Source: Ruminococcus sp. (lineage in GTDB: Bacteria > Bacillota > Clostridia > Oscillospirales > Acutalibacteraceae). From it: a stretch of DNA of 64,000 bases. This document shows positions 1 through 15,000 of this stretch, one piece after another; positions within the stretch are counted from its first letter, which is position 1, and the number at the start of each line of letters is the position of its first letter. Under the pieces are notes generated by a model that was not told the DNA's origin, ran no database searches, and was given only the letters and a program-made list of their open reading frames with translations. The stretch spans positions 2,837 to 66,836 of the forward strand of contig JAMPDR010000002.1 of the NCBI GenBank assembly GCA_023665555.1, given 5' to 3'. The translations under genes were made by a program, and so were the position numbers.

Positions 1-1
1 G

Positions 2-3000
2 TCTGCAGTAGATGATGATGTTGAAGGCACATGGCATATTACAAACAGAATGGGTCTTTACAAATCATTTGCAGCTCTCATGGGACCGCTTTCAGCAATT
101 CTTGCTGTTTTATTGACAGGTGAAGGAAAGTCAGTTAACGGTGCACTCGGCGGTATTGATATTTCAATTACAATCAATAACGCAGGTGACGCACTTTATG
201 ACAGACTCTTTGTTCCTCTTTATACACTTCTTGGCATCGATAATTTCCACACAAAAGCAGAAATTTTTGATGCAACAGAAACCGGAACAGTAGCAGGTGA
301 CTGTAAAGCTATTGTTGGTAAGAATCTTCCGAGCAATGATTATAGATACGGTGTTCTTCTTTGGGACTACATTCTCGGACCAATCATGGATTGGCTTGAA
401 AACGAACTGTTCGTTAACCCGATTCAGACTATCCTTAATATACTTCCGAATTTGCTCGGAATGCTCGAATATGACCAGCTTCTTCCGAAACTCAACAATC
501 TCGCAGTAAGTATCAGCGTTTTGGGTATAAGTGTTTATACTCTTAACGTTTCAGAAATCGTTCTTCCTCTTCTTGAACAGAACGGTATTAACCTTAACGG
601 CGGTATTAAGGGTATCCTTGCATCACTTCTCACTGCAAAGGCAACAACATCTTATCCGGGTATTGGTACAGGTGTTCTTATGGCAACCGAAACGGATGCA
701 ACAGGTGCGAAAGTTGCAAGCAAAACCCGTGCAGCAACCTATTCTTATGGCGGAAGAACCTATTGGTTCACCAATATTGGTTTGCTGACGCAGACGCTTT
801 ATACAGCATTGGGTGACGGAGTACTAACATGGCTGTTTACCGATCCTGATACGAAAAATAATACAATTTCAAATGGTGCTGAAGGCGTATGTCCGCTTAC
901 TTTGCCTGTTAACAGATTCATGGCGGCAGGTACAGTTAAAGAAACACAATTCAAAACCGGTTACGCGTCAAATGATACATCATCGCAAACACTCACTTTC
1001 TACGACATTAAGGTTGATCCCGGCGACAGCTTGCTGACATTGTTCCGCTGGTTGCTGGATGACGGTACACTGTATATCATCAAACCTCTTCTCGATGGTA
1101 TTATTGCACCAAGTGATGACGGCACAAGTATTCTTGACACTGTTTTCCCGATTCTTGACGGTCAGGCAGACACTCTTATGGCAGTTCTTATCTGCTTGCT
1201 CAACGAATATAATGTTGGCTATATTGAATATAGCGACCCTGTTAAGGCTGGCGATTTCATCCGCCTTGGCTATCTCGGCTCAGGAAATACACCTCAGTTT
1301 GTACTCGGCAAGTATCTTGAAGAAACACTTGCAGATACAGGTATTGCCGGAACAACAAATGCAACGGAGGCTCAGAAACTTGCAAAAGCAGATTTGGCTG
1401 TTGAAAACATTGATAAGATCATCAACTCACTTCTCCCGATGATCGTTTCTCTGCTTTCAGATATCCTTGATCAGTATGGTTTCGGCGAGGTTGCAACTCA
1501 GGTTAAAAACGGCGAACTTACAACAATTCCGCAGATTCTTTCTGCAATCTTCATTGATAATGACTTCCTCAACATCGTTATGGGTCTGCTTGTAGGTACA
1601 GGCGAAACCAAAGAGGACGGCACTGTTGATAACGGTTTGCTCGGCGGCTTACTCGGCGATCCCGACAGTATTATCACAAGACTTCTCGGCTCACTTGCAG
1701 AATTCGGAATTGACATTACACCTAAGGGATTCTATAATGCAGCAATCTCAGGTGCAGGCAGTGACACTAACATTGCAAGATGGCTTGCACGTCAGGCTGC
1801 AAAGCACAACAACATCACTGTTTCAGCAAACGTAAATGTATCTCCGAGTCTTACACAGAAAAAAGTTCAGGAATATCTCGGTGAAATGACATGGGGTGAC
1901 ATCAAGTTTGAAGAAGGCTTTAGATGGTTCAATGAAAATTCGGATATAAGAACCAACCTTTCTAACTTCTTTAACTTCCTCATGCACCTTCTCACTCCGC
2001 TCAATCCTCTTCTTTCACTTCTCCTTTGCGGCGAAGATATTACACTTGCAGATGAGCTTACGATTCGCGGTAATGAAGGTTACTCACGTGCAATCGTTCC
2101 GATTCTTGAAGCATTCGGACTTAATGACGCTTGCATGTATCAGGACGAATTCAATCAATATGTATTTGGTTCAACAACCGTTAATAAGAACGGCAACAGA
2201 TTTGCAACAATGATCAAATCTCCGCTTGAACCGCTGTTCAACGCAATTACCAATCTCCTTCTCGGTAGTGGAACTGACAAGGGCTTGCTTGATGCACCCG
2301 TTAGCGTTCTTCTTGCAAAACTTCCGAACATTGCATATTTCCTTTATGAATATGAAACAACGGATAAGAATGGTAATGTAACAACAACTAACAACCTTTC
2401 AATTGCAATTCAGAACCTCATTGCACCGGTTCTTCAATTGCTCGACATCGTTGATCCTATCCTTTCAAGAGTAATTAATCTTGACATCGGCGGTATGCTT
2501 GATGAATTCCTTGATATGGAAAAGATGCTTAACAACCTGCTTTCAGGACTTCTCAACAATTCCGGTGAAGATGACAGCGAAATTGTTGTTACACATCTTC
2601 TTGACTTCGGCCGCATTGCAGCTGATTCAGCATCAACAGTTGTCACAGGCGCAGCATCAAAGCGTGCACGTAACGCAACATTCACAATCTTCAACGGAAG
2701 TGCCGGTAAAACACTTATCACACTTCTTCGTAATATCGTATCCCCTGACCTAGCTGTTATGGCAGGCGAACTCATCGAAGGCCTTATAAACCGTAATGGT
2801 CCGCAGAATGCTGAAGAAGTTGAATCTATGGAAAGAATCCAGAAGATTATCAACAGCATTGTTAAGAACCTTAACGACAGCGGTCTTGATGGCGCAGCAA
2901 AAATCGATATTATCACAGGTATTCTTATTGACCTTCTTACAGACTATACTCCTGGTGCAAAGATCGAATATTTCTATGAGAAGATGAATTATGCTGATTC

Positions 3001-6000
3001 TCAGCTTCAGAGCCTTAAAGAAGAAGCAATCAATGAATATCAGATCAAGCACTCAGGTTATGACTGGGAATCAACAAAAGATAAGTTTACAAAGGATAAA
3101 GTTGAAGATGCAATTGAAAACATCGACTATGTAATTCAGAAAGCTGTTCCTGATGTAATCGCGGCTCTCATGGATGAAGGTGTTCTCAATCTTCCTCTTG
3201 AAGTTGATTACACAACAGGCTCAGGTCTTTGGGCACTTGTTCAGTCAATCGTCAACAACAATCTCTTCAAAGACGATATGATGACAACGATTGCAAACCT
3301 CTTTATCGGTTTGCTCGGCTCTGGCAATGCTTCAACTATCGATATGGTTCTCAGCATTGTTAAGGCTGCCGGTTTCGACATCACAACAGGAGCATTCCTT
3401 TATAAGTCAGACGGAAAAACTCCGACAGCACTTTACAGTTATATGATGTATGGTTTCGATGCCGGAACTGCAAGCATCAACAGCAATGGTGTTGCAACTG
3501 TTCGTAAGAACGGCGAGCCGATGGAACTCACATGGTCTGCAATTTATGAAAACCATGCTGAAGCAGCATATAAATATGATGAGGACGGCAATCTTGTTCT
3601 TGATAAGGACGGTAACGCAGTTCTTGCAGTTGAACAAACAACAAATGAAGCAGGCGAAACTGTTGACAAGACAGAAGATATCCTTGACGAAAACGGAGAG
3701 GTTATCGGAACAAAACCTGTATATGCAAAACAACTTATCGCATCAGGTTATGATCGTGTAATGGATGGCAGCAATTATGTCTACACTTACACTGATGAAA
3801 CAGGTGCTGAAAAAGAATATAAATCTGAATATGCTCAACTTAAGCAGTTCACCGTTGGCGAAGGCGACGATGCTAAGACATATAGTCTTAAAGCTAAGTA
3901 TGATACAACCAAGGCAAACTGGTCATGGGGTGTTGATGCAGTAACAGGCAACAGTGTTCAGAACACATTTGCGAACAAGAAAGAAAAATTCCTCGATGAT
4001 GTTTGGGAAGTACTTTCACCGTTTGCACCGCTGTTCTCAATGCTTCTTGCAGGCGACGGACTGAAACTCTTCAATGGCGGACTTAACCTTGAAGGCGGCC
4101 TTGGATATGAGAACGTATTCCTTCCGCTCCTCAATGCATTCGGACTTGATGCAATACTTGACTATGTAAACACAGCGGTAGATGTTGACGGCAACAAAAT
4201 TGCCGATACACTCAACGAAGGCAAAGCTGAAAAGGATAAACTTCCGACATCACTTATGTCACCGGCTGAGTACTATAGCCATGTATATAAAGACGGAAAG
4301 CTTGATAAAGATGGCATGGGCGACGCAGTTAAGATTATCATTAACTACGTATTCAACTTCCTTGAGATTCTTCTCACCTGCCCGGTTTCAACACTTTCAA
4401 CAGCTCTTCCGACACTCGCCTACTTTATCTACGGCGACGGTCTGACCACATTGGTTTCTAACCTCCTCATTCCGATTACAACACTCACAGACAGACTTAA
4501 GGAAATTATTAACCTCGACCTTAATGCACTTGGTGCAGGTCTTGTTGATATGCTTGCTACAGGTTCATGGGAATCATTCCAGGAAGCTTTGCAGAGTTAT
4601 GTAACAGTTGACGAGGAAACAGGCGACGTTATCGTTAATGAAATTGAAGCAAAATCATTTACTGATTCACTTCTTTCATTCATTGGTTCAATTGAATTCG
4701 ACCTTTCAGGTATTCTTGCTCCGAAAGATGTTGAAATCACAGAAGAAAACAAAGCAGAATATATGCACAGCCTTGTTCTATTCCTCGACCCCGATGCAGA
4801 AGCAGAAGCTAAAGCTTTCATAGCTGAAGAAAAGACTGATGAAGCACGCAAGGTTCGCGGTGATGCTGTTAAGAATTTCTTCAAGTCAATTGCTGCTCTC
4901 GGCGATCCGATTGAAGGCGGCGAACGCGTTGCAATCGACAACAAGGGTCAGGTTAAAGTAAGCAAAGCAGAAATTCTGATGTTTATCCTCGATTTCGCAT
5001 TCCAGAACACAACACTTAAAGAGGTGCTCGGCGGAGTTCTCGGATATGACATTTCAGATGAAAACGGTGACGATGCTGAACTTCTTGATCAGATTATCAC
5101 AAACGTATTCAACAACCCGGATGTACTTGTTGAAGTTATCGTAGATCTTTTAACAACTTATAATGTTAAAGATCAGATCAAAGTAAACTACACACCAATC
5201 GAAAGAGAAACTCATGCTGAATTCTATGAAGATGCAGGTTACACCGAAGACGATATTATCGAAGCAGTCCAGAAGGGCGAAGATGTTTCTGAACTTTCAC
5301 GTATCAAGACATCTGCTGCAATCGATAACCTCGATAAACTTGTAGGTACAATTCTCAACCTCTTCAAAGAGCAGCTTACAACACAGGATGATCCTGCAAC
5401 ACCTGATAAAGATGAAACAGGTCTTCTTGCTAAGATTGGTCTTACCGCAAACGATGATATTACACTCAAAGCAGCTGTTGACGCACTTCTTAAGAATTTC
5501 CTTTACAAGGATGAAACACTCAACAGTTTGATGAGCATGCTTGTCAATGCTCTTGGCTCAGACAGCATGTCACAAATGGTTAACATCATTGTTAGTATTC
5601 TTGAAGGCGCAGGCTACTCACTTACTCCGCAAACATTCGCTAATAACGTTCCGGCTCTTAAGGACATTATCGGCGATGCTAAAAAATGGAGTCAGGTTGC
5701 AAATGCTAACCTTGAATTCGTTTACAGTTATAAAGACGGTGAAAACACTGTAAATCTTTATAGCAAAAACGAAAACGAAACAGAAATCGACGGCCATGCA
5801 GTAACTCCGGTTTACAAGCAGGCAACAGATAAGGATGGCAACGCACTTTGGGAAGATGAAGATCAGACGATCCCGACTTACTCAACCACACGTGAAAAAT
5901 CAGCTCGTATCCATGCAACATGGAACATCACAAATCGTGAAGAGTTTATCAACACAGTATGGTCACTCATTAAGCCGCTTGCAAGCATCTTCGAAGTTCT

Positions 6001-9000
6001 TCTCACCGGCGGAAACCTCACAATTTATGAAAAAGTCAACATCCGCGGACTCAAGGGATATGACGGTGTTATTCTTCCGCTCTTCAATGCCCTTGCAATC
6101 AGCAAACTCAACTATGCTAAGAAAGACGCAGACGGCAACGCAGTTCCGTATCTGACAACTTTCTATGACACATATGAAAAGTTTGATGAGGCTGTTTATG
6201 GCGCAGACGGTGTAAGAGGAAATGATGATGACAATCTTAAACTTCTCATCACCACACTTACAGATGCAATCTTCGCATTTGTTGATTCACTCTGCGACAG
6301 ACCTATTTCAACAATCGCAACAATTCTCCCGTATCTTGCTCACTTTATTGAAAGTGATGGACTTGATGTTATTCTTGAAAATCTTCTTGCTCCGGTAACT
6401 ACAATTACTGAAAAGATCAGCGTAATTTATAACATTGATCTTCTTAAGATGCTCAAGGATATGCTTAGAAATCTTGTTAAATCTTCAAATGCTGAAGCCG
6501 GTGCTTCAACTGTCAGCTATGACGATCCGTCAATGCAGGCAGCCCCGGTTGCAATGATTGCAGCATATGCACTTAACATTATTGAAGAAAATGAAACAGG
6601 CATTTCTGATGGTTCAACAACTCTCACAGAGTCATTCATGCAAAATGCAGTTGCTCCTGCACTTAATGATGAACTCGAACCGCAAAAAGAAGAAGCACAT
6701 GATGCTGACTTCAAGTTTGTTGATATCATTTTCGATATTATTGCAAACGTCCAGATTAACGGAGTTGCACTTTCATCAATCGTAAGTGATACACTCTTCA
6801 CAGACCTTGCTTCATGCGCATGGTTGCCCGAACATGACGGTCTTCCTGCAAGCTATGTTCTTGAAGTAACAATCAATGACGACAGACGCAGTGGTACAAT
6901 TGATAGAATTGAAGCTGCACAGTATACTGTTGACCGTGAAACAGTACTTCTCAAAGTACTTGACTGGGTAGTATTCAATGACGGTGTTCGCGATCTCGTA
7001 GGCGGTCTTATCGGTGCTGACTTCAGCCAGATGGCAGACCTTACAGAGGAAGATCAGAACTATCTGCTTACAGTACTTCTCTTCGGTGTATTTGAAGATG
7101 CAACAGCAGTTGAAAGACTCGTTATCGATCTCCTTTCATGGTATAAGGTTGAATATAATCCGCTTAGAACAGATAAGGATTACACAGAATTCGAACATGC
7201 AACACCGATTGATTATGAAGAAATCGGTATTGACAAGACACAGCTTGAAAAACTTCCTGAAGACCTTGACTCACTTGTTTCAGCAATTGTTCCGGCAGTT
7301 ATGAACTTCCTCCCGGAAGGTGCACTCGGCTCAATCAAGCTTGAAGGCACATCAATGGAAGACATTGTTCACAACCTTGTTGTCGGACTGCTCGCTGACA
7401 GCACTGAAACAGTTGATGGTAAAGAAGTTATCAAGGAAGGTTATGCAACAACAATCGTTGCACTGCTTGTTAACCTTCTTGGCGGAAACGAAACAATCGG
7501 AACAATTCTTCCGCTTATCAAAGAAATTGCTCCCGGTGTTGATGTTACACTTGCATACTTCAAACAAGCATCTCCGGCATTTGCTGAATACTTCAAAGAT
7601 TGTGACACATGGGCTGACGCTTATGAAGCACATAAAGTAAAGGTTAAGTATGATGCAGAAACAGCAACTAAGGATGAAAACGGTGACCCGATTGTTCCTG
7701 CTCAGGATAAGGATGGCTACATCTATAACACTGCTGCTCCCGTATATGTACTTGATGAGGACGGTAATAAAGTTCCTGCAACAACAGACAGTGCAACTGT
7801 TAAGGTTGGCGAAACAACTTATTACACATCAGCAGGCACAGGTGATGTAATCGAAGGTGCATATGTTGTTAAGACAGATGCCAACGGTATTGTATATGAA
7901 TATCAGTATGAAGTTAAGCTTGAAAATGCTGATAGCTTCGGCATCAAGTCTTATAACGATGTTCTCGCACTTCTCGGCGATATCCTTACTCCGTTTGCTC
8001 CTGTTCTCAGATTGCTCCTCACAGAAGACAACCTCGTTCTTCTTGATGGTATCACAATTACAGCAGGTGACGGCTACGACAGATTCATTGTTCCTCTCTT
8101 CGAGGTATTCGGTGTTCCTGGTGTAACCGACAAGAATTCACTTAAAGATCTTGATGATGGTGAATTTGTTGATAAGGTTATTGCTGACATCAACTCAATC
8201 ATCACAATGATTGTTACATCACCGATTCAAACAATCGTTGATGCACTTCCGCAACTGATGTTCTATATCTACTCTGAGGGTCTTGCACAGGGTATTGAGC
8301 AATTCATTGCTCCGGCAATCACTCTTGTTGATATGGTTAACGACATTACTGCGAAGAAAGTTAAGGCAGAAGGCAAAGAATTTGTTGCACTTGACATCTA
8401 CGGACTTATTACTGATCTTATCAATGATAAAGTAATGGTACCGCTTGATCTTGAACCCATTTCAGATCTCTATGGTCTTATCAATGCATTCCTTACAGCT
8501 GATGGTCTTGAAAATCTTCTTGCAAAAGCAATTGCAAAGACCGAAGCTGATAAGAATACCACAATCGACCTCGGATTTGATATTCACGGTCTGTTCAAGA
8601 TGATCATTGCAAAATGTTGCACAATCGGCGACGTTGAAACTGTTCGCTACTTCGGTGCAGAAACACATCAGAATGGTACACGTACTGTTAAGGGTGTAAC
8701 TGCAAACCGTGCAGACACCATTATCCAGATTATCTGTGAAACAATTCTCGGCGGCGATATGATCAAGAACCTTCTTAACTCGTTCGGTGTTAACACAGAA
8801 GGCACAATTGACACAATTCTCGCAGCTATCACAGGTCCGGAAAATAAATATGTTCTCATTAAAGTACTTCTCAAGTACTTCAACGAATATGACGTTGAAA
8901 CAATGCTCATGGAGTATCTCTCATTTGAAAAGGTAGATTATATCTATAATGAGTATGTATCCGGCACAGCATTCTCACAACGTAAACTCAGACGCGCAAT

Positions 9001-12000
9001 CAAGAAGTTTGACGGTTCAGTTATGAACGCAATTCCGGGACTCATTCCGCTTCTTGAAGAAAACGAAACATTCGCAGCTCTTCTCAATAAGATTGGCGGC
9101 TATAACGGCCAGAGCCTTAAAGACCTTGTTCATGAGATTCTTGAAGCATATGCATTCAATGATCAGATGATGAGCACAATCACAGGTCTACTTGTAGGTC
9201 TTCTTGGCAGCGATGATCTCGGTGCAACACTTTCAACAGTACTTCCTCTTGTTGATAACATTGTTGGTATCGACCTTACCCCGGCAGGATTCGCTGAAAA
9301 GACATCGTCAACAGCTCTTGCGGCATATCTCAATGAAGCTATAGCTGCTGCTCCGAAGACTGATAAGGTTCTCGATGAAAACGGCGCTCCTGTTCTTGAT
9401 GAAGACGGTAATGAAACTACAGCCGAACATGTTGTTACATGGTCTGACATTGCTGACTACTATGAATATTATGAATACATTTATAATGTAGTAACAGAGA
9501 ACAAGACCACTAATGACAATGGCGAAGAAGTTATAACCTATTCATATGAAACCGTTTCAATGTACAGCAAGGATGCTGACCTTGGCGGAACAGCTGTTGA
9601 AGGTGTAGACGGTAAGACATGGTTCGCATATGAACAGGCAAAGGATGAAGACGGAAATCTCCTTTGGAAAGATGAAGCTAATGGTATCCCGAAAGCAGCA
9701 ACTGTTGAAGATGCCGACGGCAATACAACAAAGGTAAGACGCACAGTTGTTAACTATCGCAACGCTGATGAAAATGCTTATAACTGGGGTATTGATTCAG
9801 CCAGCGGCTTTGAGGCCAAGAAAGATGCATTCATTGATATCATTGCAGGTGTTGTAACACCGCTCGAACCAATTCTCAACTTCTTGCTTCGCGGCGACGA
9901 CATCGGTATCCTTAAAGATGAAAATAACTCAAATGCAGTTCTCACCCTCAAAGGTAATGAAGGATATGAAAACGCAATTTATCCGTTGCTCCGCGGTCTT
10001 GGACTTGATCAGATTGATTCAACAGTTCTTGTGGCTCCTGAGATTTATAACAAATCAAGCGGTGCAATGACACTCACAGCAATCACAGATGCAATCTTCC
10101 TCGCTGTTGATACATTGTGTGACAAACCTATTGAGTTCTTGCTCACTCTTCTTCCGTCACTTTCATACTTCATTGCAAGTAACGGTATCCAGCTTGTACT
10201 CAACAATCTTCTTTCACCTGTCCTTTCACTCCTCGACCTTGCTTCACCGATTGTTGGCTCTCTTATTGAAGATCTCATCGGTAAGAACCTCAGCCCGATC
10301 ATCGGCAACTACATGCCGCCGGAATCAGGTAAAGAGGTAACAAAGGAAAATGAAGACGGTACAGTTGAAACCTATAAGACTTATACAATTGATGAAATTA
10401 CAGGTATTGCCGGTGAAAACGGTTCAAACCTTGTAAGAATTGTTAACGAACTTGTTGGAGGTCTGCTCATCAAGAATTCGGAAAACGGCGAAGAAGCAGG
10501 TATTATCCAGATTCTTCCTGAGGATGTATTCGAATCATATGCTGAGCACACAATCACAGTAAGTTCACACAATAAGGATTCAAAATGGTATTACTGGTAT
10601 CAGGATGCACAGGGCAATATCGTTAAGATTGCCGCTGACGATTACAACTACAATAATATTAGAGCTGACATTATTGAAAGCCGCTATGTTGTTGATCACT
10701 TCTCAGTTGATATCGCAGATTCACTTGTATTCCTTCTTGATGCAGTTCTTTCTGAAGACCTTCTCAGAGTAATTGCAGATCTTGCTAAGGCAGATTTGAC
10801 AGATGATACAAACATCATTTCAGGTGTTATCAACAACCTTATCGATAACAGCGGTAAGGACGGCGGACTTAACGGACTCATCGTTTCTAACATTATCACG
10901 GCTCTCTTCGAAGGCTATGAAGTAAGTTATGCTAAACTCAACGGTAAGTATATTGAAACTAACCATGATGCTTATGACAAACTTTCACAAGAGCAGAAAA
11001 ATGAAGTTGTTAAGATTCCGGGCAAACTTGACACAGTAATCAGCGAGGCAATTCCTGTTCTTCTTCCGATTCTTAAGGATGCACTTGCAACAAATGAAAC
11101 AGATATCGTTAAGACTATAGTTTCAGCAGTTGAAAGTTATACAGAGGCGCTCGGTGAAAATGAAAAGGCATCACTCAATGGTTTTGTATATGCATTGCTT
11201 GGTGATCTTGCATTCTCAAATGATGTTGTTAACTCACTCGTATCACTTGTTGTCAACCTCCTTGGCAGCCAGGATATTATCAACACAATTCTTCCGATAG
11301 TTGCAGCAGTAGGTATCGATCTCACACCGCAGGGTTACCTTGCAAAGATCGTAGACAGCTATGACGAAAACGATGTTCGTGTTAAGGCATTCAAAGATAT
11401 TATCGGAGATGCAAAGACATGGAAAGACGTTGTTGCAAACAACACATCTTATGAATACACCTACACAACTACAGATGCGGAAGAAAACGAAACAACAGTC
11501 ACCTACTTCGGTGCTAAGAACCTTGACAATGCAAATATTGACGGTGAAAACGTTGAACTCACCAAAGTTATGCAGTATGCTTACACATATGTAACTAAGG
11601 ATGCTGACGATAAAGACGTAACAGTAACTGTATTCAAGGATAAAGATAACGAAACAGAATACAAGGACGGCGACAAGACATATGCTCTTACACGTGTTGC
11701 TGATAAGGACGTTCAGAAATCTGAACTTCAACTTGTAGCTGACTTCGGTGTAAAAGATAAGGACACATTTGTTTCGGCTCTTGCAGCTCTCCTTAACCCG
11801 CTCTTTGAAGTGCTCCAGGTTGTTCTTCAGGGCAAGACACTCACCTTGTTCAGATCAGCTGACGGCACATATAAGCCGGTTGATGCTGATGATGACAGCC
11901 GTGACGGCACTGAACTTGGCAGCGGTTATGTTGAAATCCGCGGTGTAAACGGTTATGATCAGGCACTTATGCCGCTTCTCGATGCACTCGGAATTCCGCA

Positions 12001-15000
12001 GAGCGAAGCACACAAGGATGATATCCTTTCAGTTAAGGAATTCAATGAAATCACAAGCATTGATGTAATGCTCAAATATGTTGTTGATGTTGTATTCATG
12101 ATCGTTGACGATCTTACAACTCAGCCGATTCAGTTCCTTTCACACAACCTTGCATCACTTGTATACTTCCTTGCAAATGATGGTTTGTATAACCTTGTTG
12201 ATGCAATCCTCCAGCTTGTAAACTCAATCTTGGCAATGACCGATCCGCTCTATAAGCAGAACGGCATCAGAATCCAGCTTGATATTCTTAAGCTTGAAGG
12301 TGAAAAAGGACTTCTCGCAACAATTAACAATCTTCTTGCAAGCACAGGCATTGAAATTACAGTTGATATGCTCTTCGACCTTGCAGGCAGAATGGGTGAA
12401 TTCAAGACTATCGACAGCAAGAGAACAACTGCTGACAGTGCACTCGTTGACAGTCAGGGTAACTATGTTGACGCTAACGGCGATAAACTTGATGCAGATA
12501 AGATTCTCGGCGGAAAGATAACAACAATTGTCGGTGAAGATAAATACTTCCTCACAGGACTGCTTGACTTCATTCGCGGCGGCGATGTACTCGGTAAGCT
12601 TGTTGACGCTGACACACTCGACGGAATCCTTAAGGATATCGTTAAAAGTATTACAGGAACTGACGCAGTAAGCAATGTTGTAAACATTCTCATCAAACTC
12701 TTCAACAAATATCTTGTTGGATATCTTGCAATTGAAGACAGAGATCTCACAACACTTACAAAGACAGTAATTGACTACAGCAAACGTACTGTAACTAAAG
12801 ATGAAACAACCAATGCGATTGCTACTCTTGATTCACTCATCGGTGCAGTTACTAATATGTTAGGTGTCGGCACACTTGACGAACTGCTTTCAAATTATCT
12901 CTATACAGATGATATCGTTAATGCGCTAATTGGTCTTCTTATTGGCCTGCTCGGCGGTCTTGACAGCAAGCTGTTCGACACAATTGAAACAGTTCTCGGT
13001 TATGTCAAAGATATCATCGGAATAGACATCCAGATTTCACCTGAATACTATGCAACACTTTCTGACGAATTCGCAGAATTCATCGGCGATGCAAAGACAT
13101 GGAAAGAAGTTGCAGATCAGTATACTAAGTATGGTTACACTTATGTGGATGGCGAAGACGCTAAGGGCAATCCTAACAAAGTTGAGTATTATTCAACTGA
13201 AGCTGATTTGACTGAAGCCGAAATTGACGGAAAGAAAGTTGAACTTTCAAAACTCTTCAGCTATGCTTACACTTATGTAACCGGAACAGATGATAATGGT
13301 GAAGATATCGTCACAACAGTTTCATATAATGTTGATGATAAGAAAACTATTAAAGTTGGCGACAAAGAATATGATCTTGTTCGTGACGAAAAGAATGACG
13401 CACGTGTAACGGATATAATCTGTGACTATGCATGGGGTGTTAGTGCTGCAGGCGAAGGTGCAGCTAATAAGACAGCATCTCTTAACGCTAAGTCAGAAAA
13501 GCTTGTTGAAATTATTACAAATCTCCTCAAGCCGTTTGATCCGATTCTTGAACTCATTCTCGCAGGCGGCACATATGACTTTGCAACAAATGGTCAATAT
13601 GGTGACTCACTCGGTGCATTCAAAGAAATCAATATCATGGGCGGCAGCGGTTACAACTATGCAATTATTCCTCTTCTTGAAACATTGGGAATTGATGCTA
13701 TAGACCAGCATGCTTATGAAGAAACTATCAAGACACAGGGTACACTCGGCTATATCCTCAATGCTCTTCTCAGCAAGGTTAACACAGTCATTGAAGAGCC
13801 GATAACCTTCATCCTCGGTCTTATTGCAAATCTTGCATACACCGTAAGTAAGGATGGTCTGACAAAGATTATATCTAACCTCATCGCTCCAATAAGCGAA
13901 TTGCTCAAAGCTATCTCAGGTGTACTTCCGATTTCAATTACAGTTGATCTCAGAGGTATCGTTGAAAGCGATAAAGAAGTTCTCAACTTCTATATGGGCA
14001 GCGATGTTAAGAAAAATCATGCTGACATCGGTGTTAAGATAGACCTTGATGCATTGTCACTTGAAAACTTTGTTAACATTGTTATCAAGACATATGCAAG
14101 CGGCCTTGATATCGAATTCAACACTCTTGAAATTGCTAAGTTTGCAGCAGCAACAGATGCTGACGGCAAGATCATTATCAAGGATTCTGCTGTTGACAAA
14201 CTTTGGGATGCATGCACAGGCACACCGGGACACAACATCTCAGGCGATCCGGCTGATACACTCATCGGACTTACTGAAATGATCCTCACACCGGAAAACA
14301 TTGATGCAGTTCTTAAGATGCTCAATGTTGACCTGTCAACACTTCCGGAAGAACTTACAGACATCATTAATAAAGCTATTGACAATCCGTCACTTCTCGT
14401 TGACGCAATCATCAAACTTCTCAACGGCGGTATTGATGTTAAAAACATTCAGATGCTCTATAAGTATCTCGGTTCTGAGTCATATGATTACAAGGATGAA
14501 ACAGGTGAACGTAAGTCAACCGTTGCATCAGCAATCGCAAAACTTGATAAGATTCTAGGTAATGCGGTTCCGCAGGTAATCGAAATTCTTGCAGGTATGG
14601 ATGAACCGATTACACTCATTAAGGACATCTATGACGGACTTAATGCTCAAGACAAGAAAGCTACACTTGAAAATATCGTTAACTATGTACTTAATGATAT
14701 GGTATTCAACGACGATATGCTCAACACAATTATGGGACTTCTTGTAGGTCTGCTCGGCGGTCTTGATGCAAGCACACTCGACACGATTTCAGGCATTGTT
14801 AAGCAGATAGTTAACATTGACCTTACACCGGCAGGAATCGCAGCTGTTTCAGCAGCAAATAGCGATGGGAAGATTGCAGCATTCATCAACAGCTTTGCTG
14901 ATGATAAGGGCAATATGCCGACATGGACAGAACTCGCAAAGGCAAACACCAAATACGAGTACACCTATGAAACCGGTGAAAAGAATGATAAGGATGAACC